DNA of 59,421 nucleotides, filler included, from Jimgerdemannia flammicorona (Eukaryota): NCBI GenBank assembly GCA_003990765.1. It is 3 parts of 3 records of this genome, joined end to end, with 100 filler letters (N's around TTAATTAATTAA, not from the genome) between each part and the next. Parts side by side here need not be neighbours in the genome. Positions count along the whole stretch, not along the records: positions 1 to 19,742 come from RBNJ01001861.1; 2 more parts are not named here. One strand, written 5' to 3'. The stretch's first letter is position 1. Every line of letters begins with the position of its first letter. The position numbers were made by a program, and so were the translations under genes. The notes beneath the pieces are model-generated. The model was not told the origin of the DNA, searched no databases, and saw only the letters and a list, made by a program, of their open reading frames with translations. Shown piece by piece: positions 1 through 13,479 of the stretch.

Positions 1-3000
1 CCGACAAAAGACCACCTTGTCTAACACCATCGCCACCCTTCCACCACTCTGCTCACAGATCCTTACCACCAAACTGCGATACCGACCCCCCTGAGGACCC
101 CAACCCACCCACCATCCAGTCAGCAGATCCCCCAACAGCTCCTCCCACCTCAATACCTTCTCTCGCAGCCCCAAACGCTGCCCCTCCTCAAATACAAAAA
201 GCCAATGGCCAGCTAATCCCACCCATAATGCTAATACCCACCCTACAGTGAGCTAACTATCACCCACCCCACCCACAAGCCGGGTCCTCAAGTCTACCCA
301 GCAGCCCCCCTCCCGCCCCAGCCTCCTCCCTACACCCAATCTATCCCCTATTTCAGCCCAAAATTCCCCCAAAACCTCACACTCTCCCAGCCAATGTTCT
401 GGCATCTGTACAATACCCTCAGCTTGCCCAACATCGTAGCACTCTTCACAGTCGAATCGTCCACCCTCTACCAAATGCCCCATGCAGAAATTCAGCATGA
501 AATTCCTCCGCAACATTCTCCACCATACCACCCAGAACTTGGGAGGCAGCCACTGCCGAACCTCTGCACTCTAAGACCAGATCCCTGCCCAGTCCCACTC
601 CTTGCCGATCTCTGCCATCTGCCAGCCACTCGGCCAAAGATCCTGGCCAAGCCCCTGCTGACACTCCACCCCCTCCCCAATATCGAACATAGCCAGCAGA
701 GTACCTTCCAGGAGCAGCCTATCCCAACACTATATATTAGGCCCCCACGCTGCCTCCCCCTCATTGCCCTGCCATCGCAGGCCAATTCAGTGAGCCCCAT
801 CAGTGACTCCCCACCAAAAGCCTTTGAACTGCAACCTCCGAAGTCCATTCAGTCCCACCAGAGAGATCAGGTCCCCAGAGGACCCTCAAGGGGATGTTCT
901 CATCTCCCACACCTTCTGTAGCAGAGGCACCCAACCTCCTCCCTGCAGTTCCACTGCTCTCTTCAACCACCAAGCTCTCAAACAGTGCAGCCTCTTAGGG
1001 AAGTCCACCAGGCCAAGACCTCTCCTGACTACTGGTCTCACAAGAGTATCCCGACTGACCTGGGACCTCCTCCCTGCCCAAATCCAATCTCTAGCCATCT
1101 TTGTCAGCTTCTTCACCACCCACGCTGGGAAGTCAAGGTGGTATGCCACATACCACAGCTTGGGGAACCAATATGCATTCAGGATTGACACCCGCCCTGC
1201 TAGAGAGATATGGTGGCCTCCCCAGCCTCAAAGGGCCTCCCCCCAAATATTCACCCTACTCTCCCACCACACTTGTGGCAAGACAGAACCATATACCGAG
1301 AGGAAGATGCCCAGATACTGCACCACCTCACCAGTAGGAACAATTGTTCCAATGACATCCCCACCCACTAGCCCATTCCCAAGCACCATCATCTCACACT
1401 TTTGCCAGTTGAGCTTCGCCCCTGAGTGATCCTCATACCATTCCACAGTCTCCTGAAGTGCCTCTACATCTGCCACTGACCCAAGTCCAACCACCATATC
1501 ATCAGCAAAGGCCCCCACCTTCCACACTTTACCATATATAGAAAGCCCTGCCACCTTCTGACGAATCCTATCCATCAACAGCTCCAGTGAAAGGGCATAG
1601 AGAATAGGGGACAGAGGGTCCCCCTGAGGAACTCCTCTTCCCAAGGAAAATGCCCTCCCATGGTGACCATAATACATCAGAGCTGCCCAGCTGCCTTCCA
1701 GCAGCCTCAGTATAGAGGCCCTAAATCTTGTGGGCACCCCAATTCGGTCCAATACCTTGCCCAGCCACACCTGCCATACATGGTCGTAGGCCTTCTCCTG
1801 GTCCAAAAAGACCAACCTTCCATCCAGTCCACAGGCCCGGGCCCCTTCAATGACACTATGCACCCATGCAGTCCCATCTCTGATAAGTCTGCCCCTAACA
1901 AAACCCCACTGCTCTTCTCCCAGCACCTGTTGGGCAATTTTCTGCAGCCTTGCGACAATCACCTTAGTCACCATCTTCCTGTCCATATTCAGAAGCATGA
2001 TCGGCTGCCAGTTCTTCCAGTCTTCCCTCCTCCCCTTGTCTTTGTACAACAGGGCCACCAATCCGAGATCCTGCTCTCCAACCCACTCACTGCTCTGAAG
2101 GACATGGTCACAGAGAGCAGCCATCTCACCCAAAACTCCAGGGACATTTACCATCTTCTTCCAGAAGTCCCATAGTAGTCCATCCTCCCCTGGTGCCGTC
2201 CCAAGTTTAGTTGCTGCCAGGATACTCTGGATCTCCTCTCCCTGCACCGGTAAGATCAAGTCTCCCAGACCAGCAACTGGCGGTGGCTCCCACTCTGCTA
2301 GTGAATCTGCAATCTCTGCTTCATCCGCACCCCCTACTCCCTCACTCCACAAGCCCTGCCATCTCTCCTTCAAAACCCCTAAGATTTGTTGTGTGCTATG
2401 CACCATGTCCCCATCACTATCCAGGACCCCATCCCACCGATGTCACACTCTCCTAGCTTTGAGAAGTCTTGATAGGTACTCAGTAGGCCGCTCCCCCTCC
2501 TCAAGCCCCTGCCACTGGAGTCTAGCAGCCATACCCCACATATGAGTCTCCTCTGCTTCTCTCAACACCTGTTGTAGTTCCACTATCTCCAATTTCGCCC
2601 TCTCTATCCTCCAATCCTCCACCTCAATGATAGTGTGCAAATCTGCCCACTCCATTTGTAGTCTCCTCAGCCTGTTGGAAGCACACCTCATACACCTCCT
2701 CCTCTGCCCCCCAGCCACTCTACCAGCCCCTCCCTAATAAACCCACACAGCCTCTTTCAATCTCATCCAGCAGACAGCCACCGGCAGACCCTCACCCCAC
2801 CAGATCAAAACTTTTGCCTGAATGTCCTCTATCCACAATCCCCACAATTTCTTCTCAGCCAGCAGGGAGGAGTTAAGGCACCAATGTCCGGGTCCATCTC
2901 TACTCCCCCCAAACTGCCCCTGCCCCAACAGTCCCCAGTGATCAGACCATAGGCACCACTCTACTTTCAATGCCTTCCAAACATCTGGACCCCAGCACTC

Positions 3001-3618
3001 TGCTGTCAGAATCCAGTCAATCCTTGTACCCAGGCCATTCATCCAATGTGTGAAGACCCTGGCATCACTCCACCTAGTTCTGCTCATGTCCCCTAAGGAG
3101 CTCAACATCTCCACCTCCTCCCATGCATCCAGACTGCCACTTCTACCCCCAGCACTCCTCCCTCCATCAGTTCTGTCCAGACGCTGATCCCAAACCATAT
3201 TAAAGTCCCCACCTAGAACATCGACCCCTTCCTCCAAGAGAATACCCTCCTCCAGCAGCCCCCTGATCCAAGCAATCCTCTCAGCCCTAACCGCAGGGCA
3301 GTAGCAAGAGCCCACCTTCACTGATTCCCACCCTGGTCAATGCCAATCTCCCCAGACCAAGCGATCACCCCAGCTCCTGATATCCCCCAAAACTCCTCTG
3401 CCCTTCCTCACCAGAATCGCTACCTTTCCAAACCAAGCAGTAGCCCCACCCCATTCCCTAGTCTACTCTACCTGATCATCCTCATCCTCACACCAAACAT
3501 CCTGTAGTAAAAAGAGATCAGCCTCCAATCCCTTGAGCCAAGTAAAAATGTTCTTATGCTGCCCAGAGCCCCTTAACCCATTCACATTCAAGGAGAAAAT
3601 GTTGGTTGTACTGTTCAT
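1..3618 (-). pseudogene. LINE-A ORF2 (AP endonuclease, reverse transcriptase, C-terminal Cys/His motif), broken by stops and frameshifts
   Basis: ORF-track pieces 3463-3663, 2734-3321, 2443-2718, 1228-2406, 886-1191 and 253-531 are collinear with ORF2 of LINE-C. The start is ATG-AAC-AGT at 3618. Confidence 0.9.
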
Positions 3619-3649
3619 AAGGAATACTGATATATGATTGTCCCATCCT

Positions 3650-5686
3650 CTACAAGTCCACATTCCGCTCCTCCTGCACCAAGTCTAAGTCACGTTCAGC
3701 AGCTAGTTCCCTCTCCCCAGCTTCCTGTGCCGCCAACTCTCCAAGGAGTTCTACCATAGCCTCATCTTCATGCTCCTCAAAGTCCTCCCGATACTCCAGA
3801 CAGATCTCCTGCCAGAGCCTCAGACCATGATGCTCTGCCCAACAGTATGTCGCCCGCTCCCCAGCAACCACCCCCAACTCCGCCTTCCTCACCTCATCAA
3901 CCTCATATCCCTCCTCCTCTAGGAAAATTGTCAGAATCTCCCCCTTCAGTGCCTCTACCATTCCATCACCATGCAGAACTCATGCCCAATGCTCCTCAGG
4001 TATTGCCTGCAGGTCCACTTCTCCCAACGCCTCTGCTGCAAGATTATCCATCACCTTATGCATCCACAACAAGTTCCCCACCTCCTTCCCTCCTGGAGTC
4101 CCTGGCCGCCCTGTATCCAACATCGTGGTATCAACTCCTACACTGGCAGCCTCATCCCACTCCTCCTCAGAGACATCCACCAGTTCGCCCTCACCAACTG
4201 CCACCACCTGACCCCCTTGTACCACATCAGGGATCCCAAAGCGCACCTGCTGGGCCCCCTGCATCCGCGTATCCTCCATCTTCCCTCTCTTCCCAACTGG
4301 GCCCCTCCTGATAAGTGGGGGGGGGGTGTCCTCCACCACCGGGTCCCACACTTCGAAGGTACCATCAGTGAATAGGCTCTTGTCCGGCATCTTCCCAGCC
4401 TCTGCCTTCTCTGCCTCCACCTCCTCCCCTCCTTTACCAGCCCAGACACTGGCCTTAACACCACCAGACTCCTCAGCTCCAACCACCTTCTTCTCCACTC
4501 CTCTGGTCATACTTGCCAACAGCTCCCTCTACCTCTTGCATCCCTGTGCCTGCTCCCACTGCTTCTTGTCTATATGGATATGCTTCCCACCCACCACCTC
4601 CAGGTGCGTCAACTCCTCATACAGTTTCCAGGCCCTTGCCCTCCTCTCCACAGCACCACCCAACTCCTCTAGCGCCTCCAACAAGTCCTCCTCCTCCTCT
4701 TCACTCCCTTTCACCCTCGACACCTTGCAGACAACAGCCCCCCACATCAGATTCGAAGGCCAGTCACTCGGTTTCCCTGTGGCCTCCTTGCCTGCCAGCT
4801 GAATCCTGTCATCGACATCCCCTGTCCTGATTGTGGTCCCCTCCCACACCTGGAAGCCTATATCTACCACATCACTGTACTCCACCATCACCTCCTCCAC
4901 CCTCTTCCTAGTCTCCTCCCTCATCACTGTGGGCACCCCCCTCACCAGCAGCTGTACCACCCTAGGGTCCCATCTCAGGCACCACACCATGGGAACTACC
5001 ACCTCTCCAACCATGACTCCAGTCTTCAGGGCCTCATCCAGCGGGCCCACCTCCTCAAAACCCACCTCCACCCCCTCCAAGCCCTTCAGGAACTTCACCG
5101 AGGCTGCCCCTTCCACCTGCTTCGAAATCAGCCCCAGAACCATCCTCGCTATCACTGCCAAGCCCCAGAAGCACAAGGTGACTGCAAACTCCGAAATCGA
5201 CTTCTTGAGCAACAGGGCCACCACCAGCCCTGTTACACTGTCCACTAGGTCCCTCTTCCACATCGGGAACCCCTGCCCCCCCTGGCCATCAGCTATCACA
5301 TCTCTTTTTTTTTCCTCCTGATCCACTGTCACGCCACCATCAGCAGTCCCACCACTACCCCCACCAGCTACTCCACTACCCCCCCCTCCCACTGACAAGG
5401 GCCCAGCTCCCTCAGCATTCCCAGCCTTCTTCTTCCCCTTCCCTCCTGTCTGTCCATCATGATCTCCCATCGGCCAGCCTCCTGTCCTCAGTGTGTCCGC
5501 GAAGCTCCTTCTCTGCTGCCCTCCAGCCCCCCCCCCAATGCTACTTCCACTACCCGAGCTGCCCTGTCCACCTGAGCCACCGAAAGACCCCATCCCCAGT
5601 CTATACCCTCTCCCGACATACTGCCAGTTGAAGGCCCCAGGTCCACCTGACCTAGTATGTGTATCGGCTTGCTTGCTAGTTGACAT
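3650..5686 (-). pseudogene. LINE-A ORF1 (Gly-rich N-terminus, RRM-like core, acidic helical C-terminus)
   Basis: Runs MSTSKQADTH... to ...ERNVDL* in three in-frame pieces and is near-identical to LINE-C ORF1 from EKKRDV onward. Confidence 0.85.
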
Positions 5687-5939
5687 TGCTTTAGTATCTT
5701 TCTCCAATAAACGACTTGAAAGTGTGTTGTAAAAGTGTGTGTAATGCGAATTGTGAGTGACGTGTGGAGTCTTTCCTTTGATATCCTTGAAATCTGTAAC
5801 TAGGACATTCTTGAATTTATAAAATATCTTCTTGAGTTCCTTCTTGAGTGAGAATTTATTTCTCATGATATAGCTATGCTTGTTCATAGATTCCTCCTTC
5901 TTGTGGTCCAGTTCAGTAATCATGGTAGTAGTGAATCCT

Positions 5940-6330
5940 CCTCTCTCTGTAGATCCAAATCCTTTCTTTCCTCTTTCTGTTTTCTCCAACTTCTTGACTT
6001 CTATGATTCTTGGCTGAAGAACTGGGAAGATCAACATCTGTGTCACTTCTTAATTGGAAATAGAATTGTAGGATTGTAATTCCTAGCAATAAGTAGTATT
6101 TCTCCAATATAATCTAAATTGATGACTCCTCCTTCAATTGTAATTTTACTCCTAGCCAGGCTGCTCCTTGTCTTGAGGATTCCAACATAGTCCTTTTGAA
6201 TAGTCATCTCTAGATCAGTTATCAGTAGGGTGTTTGTCTAGAGCTCTAGTACAGTTTTTTCTACTGTGGTAATATCTATTCCAGCTATATTCTCTGACTT
6301 GTATTCTGATAGAACTGCATCAGGATGAGT
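5940..6330 (-). pseudogene. dut: Gypsy-1 dUTPase domain (decayed)
   Basis: KTRSSLA, GGVINLDYIGEI and RGKKGFGST correspond to dUTPase motifs II, III and V. Confidence 0.85.
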
Positions 6331-8483
6331 CCTCTGAATCTTGACCTTGATTTCTTCTTCATCATCACTATCCTCCAGGAGGCCTGGTGGTTCATCATCC
6401 TCTTCCTCCTCCTCCTCTTCTCTTGTCTGCTTTTCAAGAGCCTTCTGTCTTCTTTCCTGGTAGATCCTTCTGATACCAATGCTATATTAGTAGCAGTCAT
6501 TGATGTGCTCACTACAGTACATTTTGATTCTTTGAAGGCAGACTTCTTATAGTATATATCCTTCTGTAATCTTCTTATATCAGTCTTCTTCACTGATCTA
6601 TCTGACTTTCTTCTTCTTTTTCTAAGTAGTTACCATATATATTTCTTCTTTCTCACTTTCTTCTTCCTCTATCTCAGGCAATACTCGTTTGTTGACATTA
6701 ATTGAAATTCACATCTTCTGGTCTTGGTAGATAATCTATATCTTCTAGACATTTGGTTGATTATTGCCTTGGCTTTATGAAGTCACTGAATGCTGATGAG
6801 GATATCATAGTTAGTGGTATTGGTCCTAATCACATCTACTGGAATAGTTGCTCTTCCAAACTTGATGGGAATATCTTGGATTTTTCCCAGAGGTGTGGCT
6901 CTTGTGTCATCTGCTGTGACAAATACCAATTTATTTGCTTCTTCAACTTTCCAACCTAGGCAGTCTGCTGCTTTCTTGCTGAGGAGACATTCTCCTGCTC
7001 CTGTATCAATAATGGCTTTGAAGATTCTATCTTCAATCTGACAGATTATATAGGCAGAGGTCTTGTGATTGTCTTCATTCTCTTTTTCTGAGTCTTTTTG
7101 AACATTATTGGCCTTGGTTATCTTTCAACCTTACTCTTTGGTTGTCTCAGCAAGTCCACATCTCTTTGCTATCTGAATGTAGATATTTCTGCCAGCTGAC
7201 TAAAGGTTATATTGATCTTTTGTTGACTGAGGTCCTTGAAGATATTATACTTAAAGGTCTTAGTTTTGTGAAGCTTCTTTTCCTTTTCTTCTTCACTAGC
7301 TAGAGTAGTTTCTCAGATGATATCTTGAACAGTCTGTTCTAGCTCCATATCTTGATCTATTTCTTCACCTTTACTTTCTGTAGTAGTCTCTATCTGCTTT
7401 TCTATAGAGTTCTTCTTGGGTCTCTCTGGTGGTCTCTTATAGGGTTATTTGCAGACATCTTTCATAAGTCTCAGCAGAGTAGGCTTCTCATTTCTCTTCA
7501 TCTGATTCTCCAATCTCCTTGAAGGTAATGGTGTTGACCTGTTCCTTATTTCAAGTAGCATTGCTTGACTGGGCATTGTGCTTAGTTTCACTCATATATT
7601 CATATAAGTAGTGGTCTTCTTCTCGACAAGTATAGCAGATACCTCTCTTCTTATCTAAGGTAACAGCAAATTTCTGAACTGAGCACCAATCTCTTTCTTT
7701 GATTTCTTTTATCATATCTCCTAGATGGAGTATCATTTTGGTAAACTTCTTGGTAAGTTCCTCCATAGGGTTGCTATTCCTCTGCTACTCAGTAGCTTTT
7801 GGCTGAGATGTGTTTTGGTTGATTACTATAGTAGAGATCACACTAGTTGCCTTGGATGCTTCAATGCTAACTCTAGTGACTCTTTCTATTGTATAGTCTT
7901 ATAGATATCTGACTATCTAGTATTGCTGGGCATAGTTGACTTTTTGTAATAGATCTAGGACTATTGGTGATGAGCAGATAGTTAGGGCTATTTCTGAGTG
8001 AACTCTTTTTATAAAGGTTGCCTCTGCTACATGATCTTATACGGTGGTAGCATAATTTGTAAGAATTATCTGATATAGAGAATGTGTTTGGATTCTTACT
8101 CATTCTCTAGTAAGTTGTGTTAAGCTGATTCTTCAGAACTTGCTTAATCTTATCTATATAGTAGATGACTTAGAGCCAGGCCTTCTGTACTACTAATACT
8201 GTATTGTCATCATTTCCCATATTAGTTGTGGCTGTGAATGCTGCTCTTACTGGTCCTTGGAGACTGAAGAGCAGGAGGGCTACTTGCTGTATTGCTGTCA
8301 GGATCTTTACAGCAGTATACTACTCAAATCATCAATGAAGATGATGATCAATTCCTCTGAAGTATATCCATAGAATGCTGTCCATCTTGTTTAGATGTCT
8401 TGATTCAATTTATATGATTGTTTGAGTGGTAGTAGTTGTTCATTATTTAGCTTAAAAGTGAGAGATTCATCTTAAATTATCAG

Positions 8484-8496
8484 TCAATGGATACCA
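8484..8496 (-). promoter_or_regulatory. Gypsy-1 primer-binding site (TGGTATCCATTGA, 3 nt after the LTR)
   Basis: The same ACT-TGG... block follows the LTR in Gypsy-2 (11315) and Gypsy-3 (31563). Confidence 0.75.
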
Positions 8497-8499
8497 AGT

Positions 8500-8934
8500 T
8501 GTAATGTAGCAGACACCTAACCTCAGAAGTATGGCAGATTTCTGTATCTTGAAAATTTGACTTATTCTGACTCTCACAGAGTTCTCAGAGTATAGGAGAG
8601 TGAGTTTGATGTGTATCTGCCTGCAGGCTTACTAGTACTTTTACTTTTTCTTTACTTAAACTATTTTGATCTGAGGTTTAATTCACTCTAAGATACTGGA
8701 TTATTTATACAAGTTTGCTAGCTATAAGATAGCTAGTTATTACTATGTTATGAGTCACTTTTTATAAATGTTAATCCTTGAAATCTGTTAAATCTTTGAT
8801 AATTGTCAAAAATTTAACATTTGTGAAATAACTACTATTTATAAGACTATACTATATCAGAAATTGGATTTAGATACTATGATCAAATATCTAATTCCCC
8901 TGATTCTTGTTTATAATTCAGATGAACCATCACA
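8500..8934 (-). repeat. 435-bp 5' LTR of Gypsy-1
   Basis: TG...CA termini. It aligns end to end with 31567-32001 (also 435 bp), and similarity stops at both ends. Confidence 0.88.
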
Positions 8935-9756
8935 CTATTAATATGATAGTATATATAGAATTAGTATATTTCTTAAGCCCTAAGTTAAAAATCTGATATT
9001 AATTAATAATTTAGAGATAATAATCTTACTTTTGAGAAATTATAGAGTAGAACTAAACCAGATATATCTCATCTATATATATTCAGATATAAGACTTATA
9101 TTTTAAACAAAAATAGTAATTAATATAAATTTCAGTCAAAAACTGACAAATATATATTTCTTAGATATTCCAGCAAGATATATAGGTTCTGAAATATTAA
9201 GAAATAATATATAGTAATTTTATATAATATATAGTTTAGAGAAAAAGCTAATGATAAGGAGATCAATATAAAAGTATCTATTAAAACATTCTCTTCTTCT
9301 CAGCTAGTATAAATAGAGTAGTCAATATAACTATTAGCTATTTCTCTGATATGAATTAAAATTATTTTCAACTACTAAATATATCTAAGCTAAGAATAAT
9401 AAATATCAAAGATAAAAATGATGAATTATCTAACAATAAGAGACCTATAAAGAGTAAATAAAAATAAAAGTCTTTCAATATTCATCAAGAAACTCATTCA
9501 GAATTATTAAGTTATTAGAATATATCAAAGATCTCTTGATATAGTAAGGATCATATAAGCTATACTAAAGTATATAAATATATAAATATCATAATATATA
9601 GTAAGCTATATATATATACTAAAGCTATAACTAGTCCTGATAGTAAGAAATAGAAGTGAGCCATAGATATAAAATACAACTTACTCATTTTGAATGGGAT
9701 ATATAATCTAGTATTTCTTCTATCAAACAGTTAAGTAATTAAATCTTATTAGATAT
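8935..9756 (+). mobile_element. Highly decayed Ty1/Copia pol fragment (integrase C-terminus to start of RT) that hosted both Gypsy-1 and Gypsy-2
   Basis: Manual translation gives KPDISHLYIFRYKTY...KYIFLRYSSKIYRF (cf. KPDxSHLRVFGCxAY...CIFLGYS..KAYR) and YTKAITSPDSKK*K*AIDIKYNLLILNGIYNLV (cf. YxEA..SP...W..AMxxEY.SL..NxTW.LV). Confidence 0.75.
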
Positions 9757-10008
9757 TGAAATAGTGATCTCAGAACAATGACATTATCACATGAGATAGC
9801 CTTTCCTAATAAGCTACTAGATCAGAGCATAAGAAGATTATACAGCATGACTCAACCAGACTATAAGATGAGTAATGATGACCAATTGTGAGTTATTATA
9901 ACTACAAGACAGATATCTTGAGGAATATAAAAGAAGAATTAAGAAACTGCAGTAGTAGCAATCTAAACAAGGCTCACAGAAATAGTTCAAAAGACTTACT
10001 ATAAACAA

Positions 10009-10810
10009 ATGCCTGCTACTCACCAAACCTCAAGGACCAGGAACTACAAAAGTCCTTCAGTCCAGGAAAGATCAGAAGAGCCATGAGGACCTACACAAGA
10101 AGGACTCCTAGCCTCAACCTAGGTACTGGCGACCCTTATCATTATAACCTCTACTTCTATAAAATGGAAACAAGGATCACTATCACTACTGAATATCTCT
10201 AGATGTGGCAGGAATATGAAATAGGAAATCTCCTCTACCAGGAATTCTCTCAGGCTAGTTCCTAAGAAATACAAGATGCCACTCTCATAAATATATATAA
10301 AATAAGGATAGCTAAGAAGATTCATCTGGTCTTCAGATATGCTCTATAGTCAATCTCCATCTTGGAGTATATCAGAGTCTCAGACTTTAAGGAACTATCA
10401 GTCTGCTGTATAATTGCACTGGAAGTATTAGTGGCCACAGAAGTCCAATCCACCATCACCCTCAATAGTGATGAGGTAGAAGAGTTCTGAAATCCCATCC
10501 TCAAGAACAATTCTGATCAATTGCTATAAGGATTAATCTCAGTATTCTAAAGCCCCAGTATCCAGATTAGATCTCCCCAAGACTCCACATTTGTTCCTTA
10601 TTCTTTAGAAGAGAACCTCATAGATTGGAGAGCTCCAGATCTCCTTGATTTTCCCACTACTGAATGTAATGATATTATCAGCAATGATATAACATATACA
10701 AAATATGTAAAATGGATAAAATATTCACAAACCTCATTTTTTTTGAGGATATCCTGACCTCTAGCAGTGATGAAGATGAAGCCCCCATGGTTCTGAACAT
10801 TCTGCTCTAA
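10009..10810 (+). pseudogene. LTR-encoded accessory ORF, 5' LTR copy (decayed)
   Basis: ATG-CCT-GCT...NILL-TAA, homologous to 15324-16127. Confidence 0.7.
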
Positions 10811-11070
10811 GTTCTTGGTAACACCAAAATCTTCTGACATCCATTTTTTGTTTAACTGAATTCTACTAGCATTCTTTTTCTATAATACCTGAATCTTTGT
10901 ACACTCTTTTTCTATACCACCAAAATCTCCTAACATTCTGAACTTATGCAATCATTTGTACAGACACTTGAATTTGTACTTACAACTATAGTTTTCTGTA
11001 TTTCAGTATTTTATTTGGTTATTTGAATTTATATTTAGCTTTATAACTTAGCAATTATTGAATTATATTT

Positions 11071-11078
11071 TATATAAA
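11071..11078 (+). promoter_or_regulatory. TATA box of the Gypsy-2 LTR
   Basis: TATATAAA ~240 bp before the LTR end. The solo LTR has GTATAAATAC at the equivalent site (15111-15120, minus). Confidence 0.55.
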
Positions 11079-11314
11079 TATCTCTCTTCTTTCCTTTGAA
11101 ATATAGTTAGTTCCAATTTACTTATACTCAATTCTACACAAGCAATCTAAGAGATAACAAGATAGTTTAAAGATAAGAAGTTTGAGGACTATAAGATCTT
11201 AGGAAGGCACTCCAATAAGAACTTGCTTATAACAAACTTGTGGTTAGTCTAAGAGATATATCTTAGAGAGAAACTGATATATTTGAAGGACTCAGCAACC
11301 ACTATGTGATAACT

Positions 11315-11332
11315 TGGTACCCATTGGCTGGT
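11315..11332 (+). promoter_or_regulatory. Gypsy-2 primer-binding site
   Basis: TGGTACCCATTGGCTGG immediately after the LTR, conserved with the family I PBS. The cognate tRNA could not be identified by eye. Confidence 0.7.
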
Positions 11333-13479
11333 GATTCAAAATAAATCCCTCACTTTTAAGCTGAAAAACAAACAACTACCACAACAACTACTCTGACTAC
11401 AAGAGTCATCTCTGCAAGAATTCAAGATAATATAGAAATACATCCTCCTATATTCTATAGATATACTACTGAAGAGTCAATCCTGATCTTCATTGAAGAC
11501 TTTGAATAATTTGCTACTATATGAGCTCTTGCCATGGATGCACAATTGGCCCTTCTATCAGTCAGCCTCAGAGAACCTGCTAGAGACAAGTTTAATACAG
11601 TGACTATTGCTGATACTGGTGCAGCCAAACTTGCCAATATGAAGAACTTTCTCAGAACTACATACTATACTGAAGAGATCAAGCAAGCTCTCAAGGATCA
11701 ACTCAATACTATCTGCTATAGACTAAGTGAAGATCCCAACTTATTCTATACTCAAATCTGCCACCAAATTGTCTTGGCTGACTATGATGATGCCCTTAAG
11801 AAACAAATAGCTAATTCAACCTTCCTTAAAGGAGTTCACTCTGAAATTACTCTAGCAATCTGGTCTACCCCAGCTGCTCTGACCCTTGACCAGAAAGTGG
11901 TCTTTGCACAGAGATATTAGACTGTTAGACACTCTACTGAACACTCAATAGAGAAAATAACTGGCATCAAGATGGAGCCACAAAAGCCAGCCAGTATAAT
12001 ACCCACTATAGTCATCAATAGACAACTATCTCTCACCTACTCCCAAGGCAGCCAAAGCTGATCCAGTAGAGGAACTCACCAAGCAGTTTGTGGAGATGAC
12101 TGTATACCTTAGTAATATTATTAGAGAAGTCCAAAACACCAACAAGAGATCAGTACAGAGATTTGTAGTTACTATAGAAGAATGCAATATCACATACTTC
12201 AGATATGGAGAAGAAGGCCACTATACAAAGAGTTGTATGACCAAAACAAGATATAAAGCCCAACTAAGTAATGCTACTAGAACCAGAGAACAAACCAATT
12301 CAGTAGTCATTGAGGAGATTGGTAATACTGATGATGAAGAATACTACAAGGAGTCTGAATTCTACTCTATTACTGAAGGTACCAGAATCTGGTCCAAGCC
12401 CTATGAAAGAAGAGTAACAGCAAGCCAGTTGGAAGACCAAAGAAGACTCCAGCTGTTACTATTTAAAGCAAGACTCAATCTAAGAAGATTGATCAAGATA
12501 TAGAGTTAGATAAAGCTGTCTACCAAATTATTGAAGGCACTACTTCAGTCTCAGAAGAAAGCAAAAGCAAGAAAGAACAGAAGCTATGTAAGATCAAGAT
12601 CCACCAGTATGATATCTATAAGGACCTTAAGGAACAGAAGGTCAATACTACTTTTGGACAACTAGCTGAAGTCTCTGCCTTTAAATAGTAGTTTAGAGTA
12701 GGACTTGCAAACACTATCAAGAACCAAGAGTACAAGATCATAGAAGCTCACAATGTATAAGAAGATGAACAAGAAGACACAGATAAAAAATCTGAAGACT
12801 AGCACAAGATATCAGCCTATACCTCATATTAGATTAAAGATTGTATCTTTGATGCCATCATTGATACTAGTGCTAGAGGATACCTCATAAGCAAGAAGAC
12901 AATTGACCACCTAGGCTGGGATATTGAAGAGTCTACCAAAATAGTCTATATTATAGTAGATGATATATGAGCTACTATCCCAGTAGATATGATTATTATA
13001 AGCACTACCAACTATGATATCCTTATTAACAATCAATGGTTTCATAAGGCCAAGGCTGTCATTGACCTCAATGTCTAGAAGATGTAGATCAACTATAGAG
13101 GAAGAAAGGTATGGGTCTCTATCAATATCCACAAAGGAGTACTACTAGATATGGAGAAGGAGATGAAGAAGACACAGAAGTCTTCATACACTTAGTATAC
13201 AAGAACAAGAGCAAGACACCTAAGCTCACAGATGAGTAGTGGTACAACAAGATCATAAATGGCTATATATATCTCTCAAGGAAGTTGCCCTCATGGTACT
13301 AGGATGTACTGCTCTGAACATCTGAATAACTACTGGTTCTATATCAGTAAAGTCAGAAAAATCCATCAACAAAAGTATGAGCAAGAAGCTGTTGAAGCAA
13401 AAAAGAAAGCCAAAAAAGATGATCAGCCCCCAGAGCTTCAAGCTGATAGTAATGATGAGGAGGAACAAGAACCAGACAA

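Larger units (their letters stand above)
1..5761 (-). mobile_element. LINE-A: L1/Tx1-like non-LTR retrotransposon (ORF1 + APE-RT ORF2), decayed; 3' end cut by the contig edge
   Basis: ORF fragments carry APE motifs (SLNVNGL, GGDFN, RIDW, SDH), RT motifs (APGEDGL, LDQEKAYD, GVPQGDPLSP, FADD, YLGI) and a C-terminal CxxC...HWLGEC. The 5' junction is where Gypsy sequence GTGTGGAGTCTTTCC resumes at 5762, matching the uninterrupted Gypsy at 27482. Confidence 0.93.
5762..8934 (-). mobile_element. Gypsy-1 (family I): 5' LTR, PBS, gag, protease and dUTPase; interrupted by LINE-A just before RT
   Basis: Degenerate zinc knuckle CYTCREEDH (~7600-7640), protease AIIDTGAG (~6995-7020) and dUTPase C-terminal RGKKGFGST. 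Collinear with Gypsy-3 at 27482-32001. Confidence 0.9.
9757..11311 (+). repeat. Gypsy-2 5' LTR (1555 bp)
   Basis: Starts TGAAATAGTG (cf. TGTAATAG at 18483) and ends ...ACTATGTGATA, followed by ACT-TGGTACCC (PBS). Aligns with 18483-19730 and, reversed, with 14882-16369. Confidence 0.88.

Noticed and set aside
4529..6046. 505-aa ORF fusing the Gypsy dUTPase C-terminus to LINE ORF1
   Set aside because: A chance in-frame junction through a 75-nt stop-free LINE leader. It has a GTG start in a decayed pol and ORF1 is broken downstream.
11315..11340. PBS followed by GATTCAAA, suggesting extended pairing to a tRNA T-loop
   Set aside because: The spacing is 3 nt too long for canonical tRNA geometry, and the sequence is too mutated to assign a tRNA.
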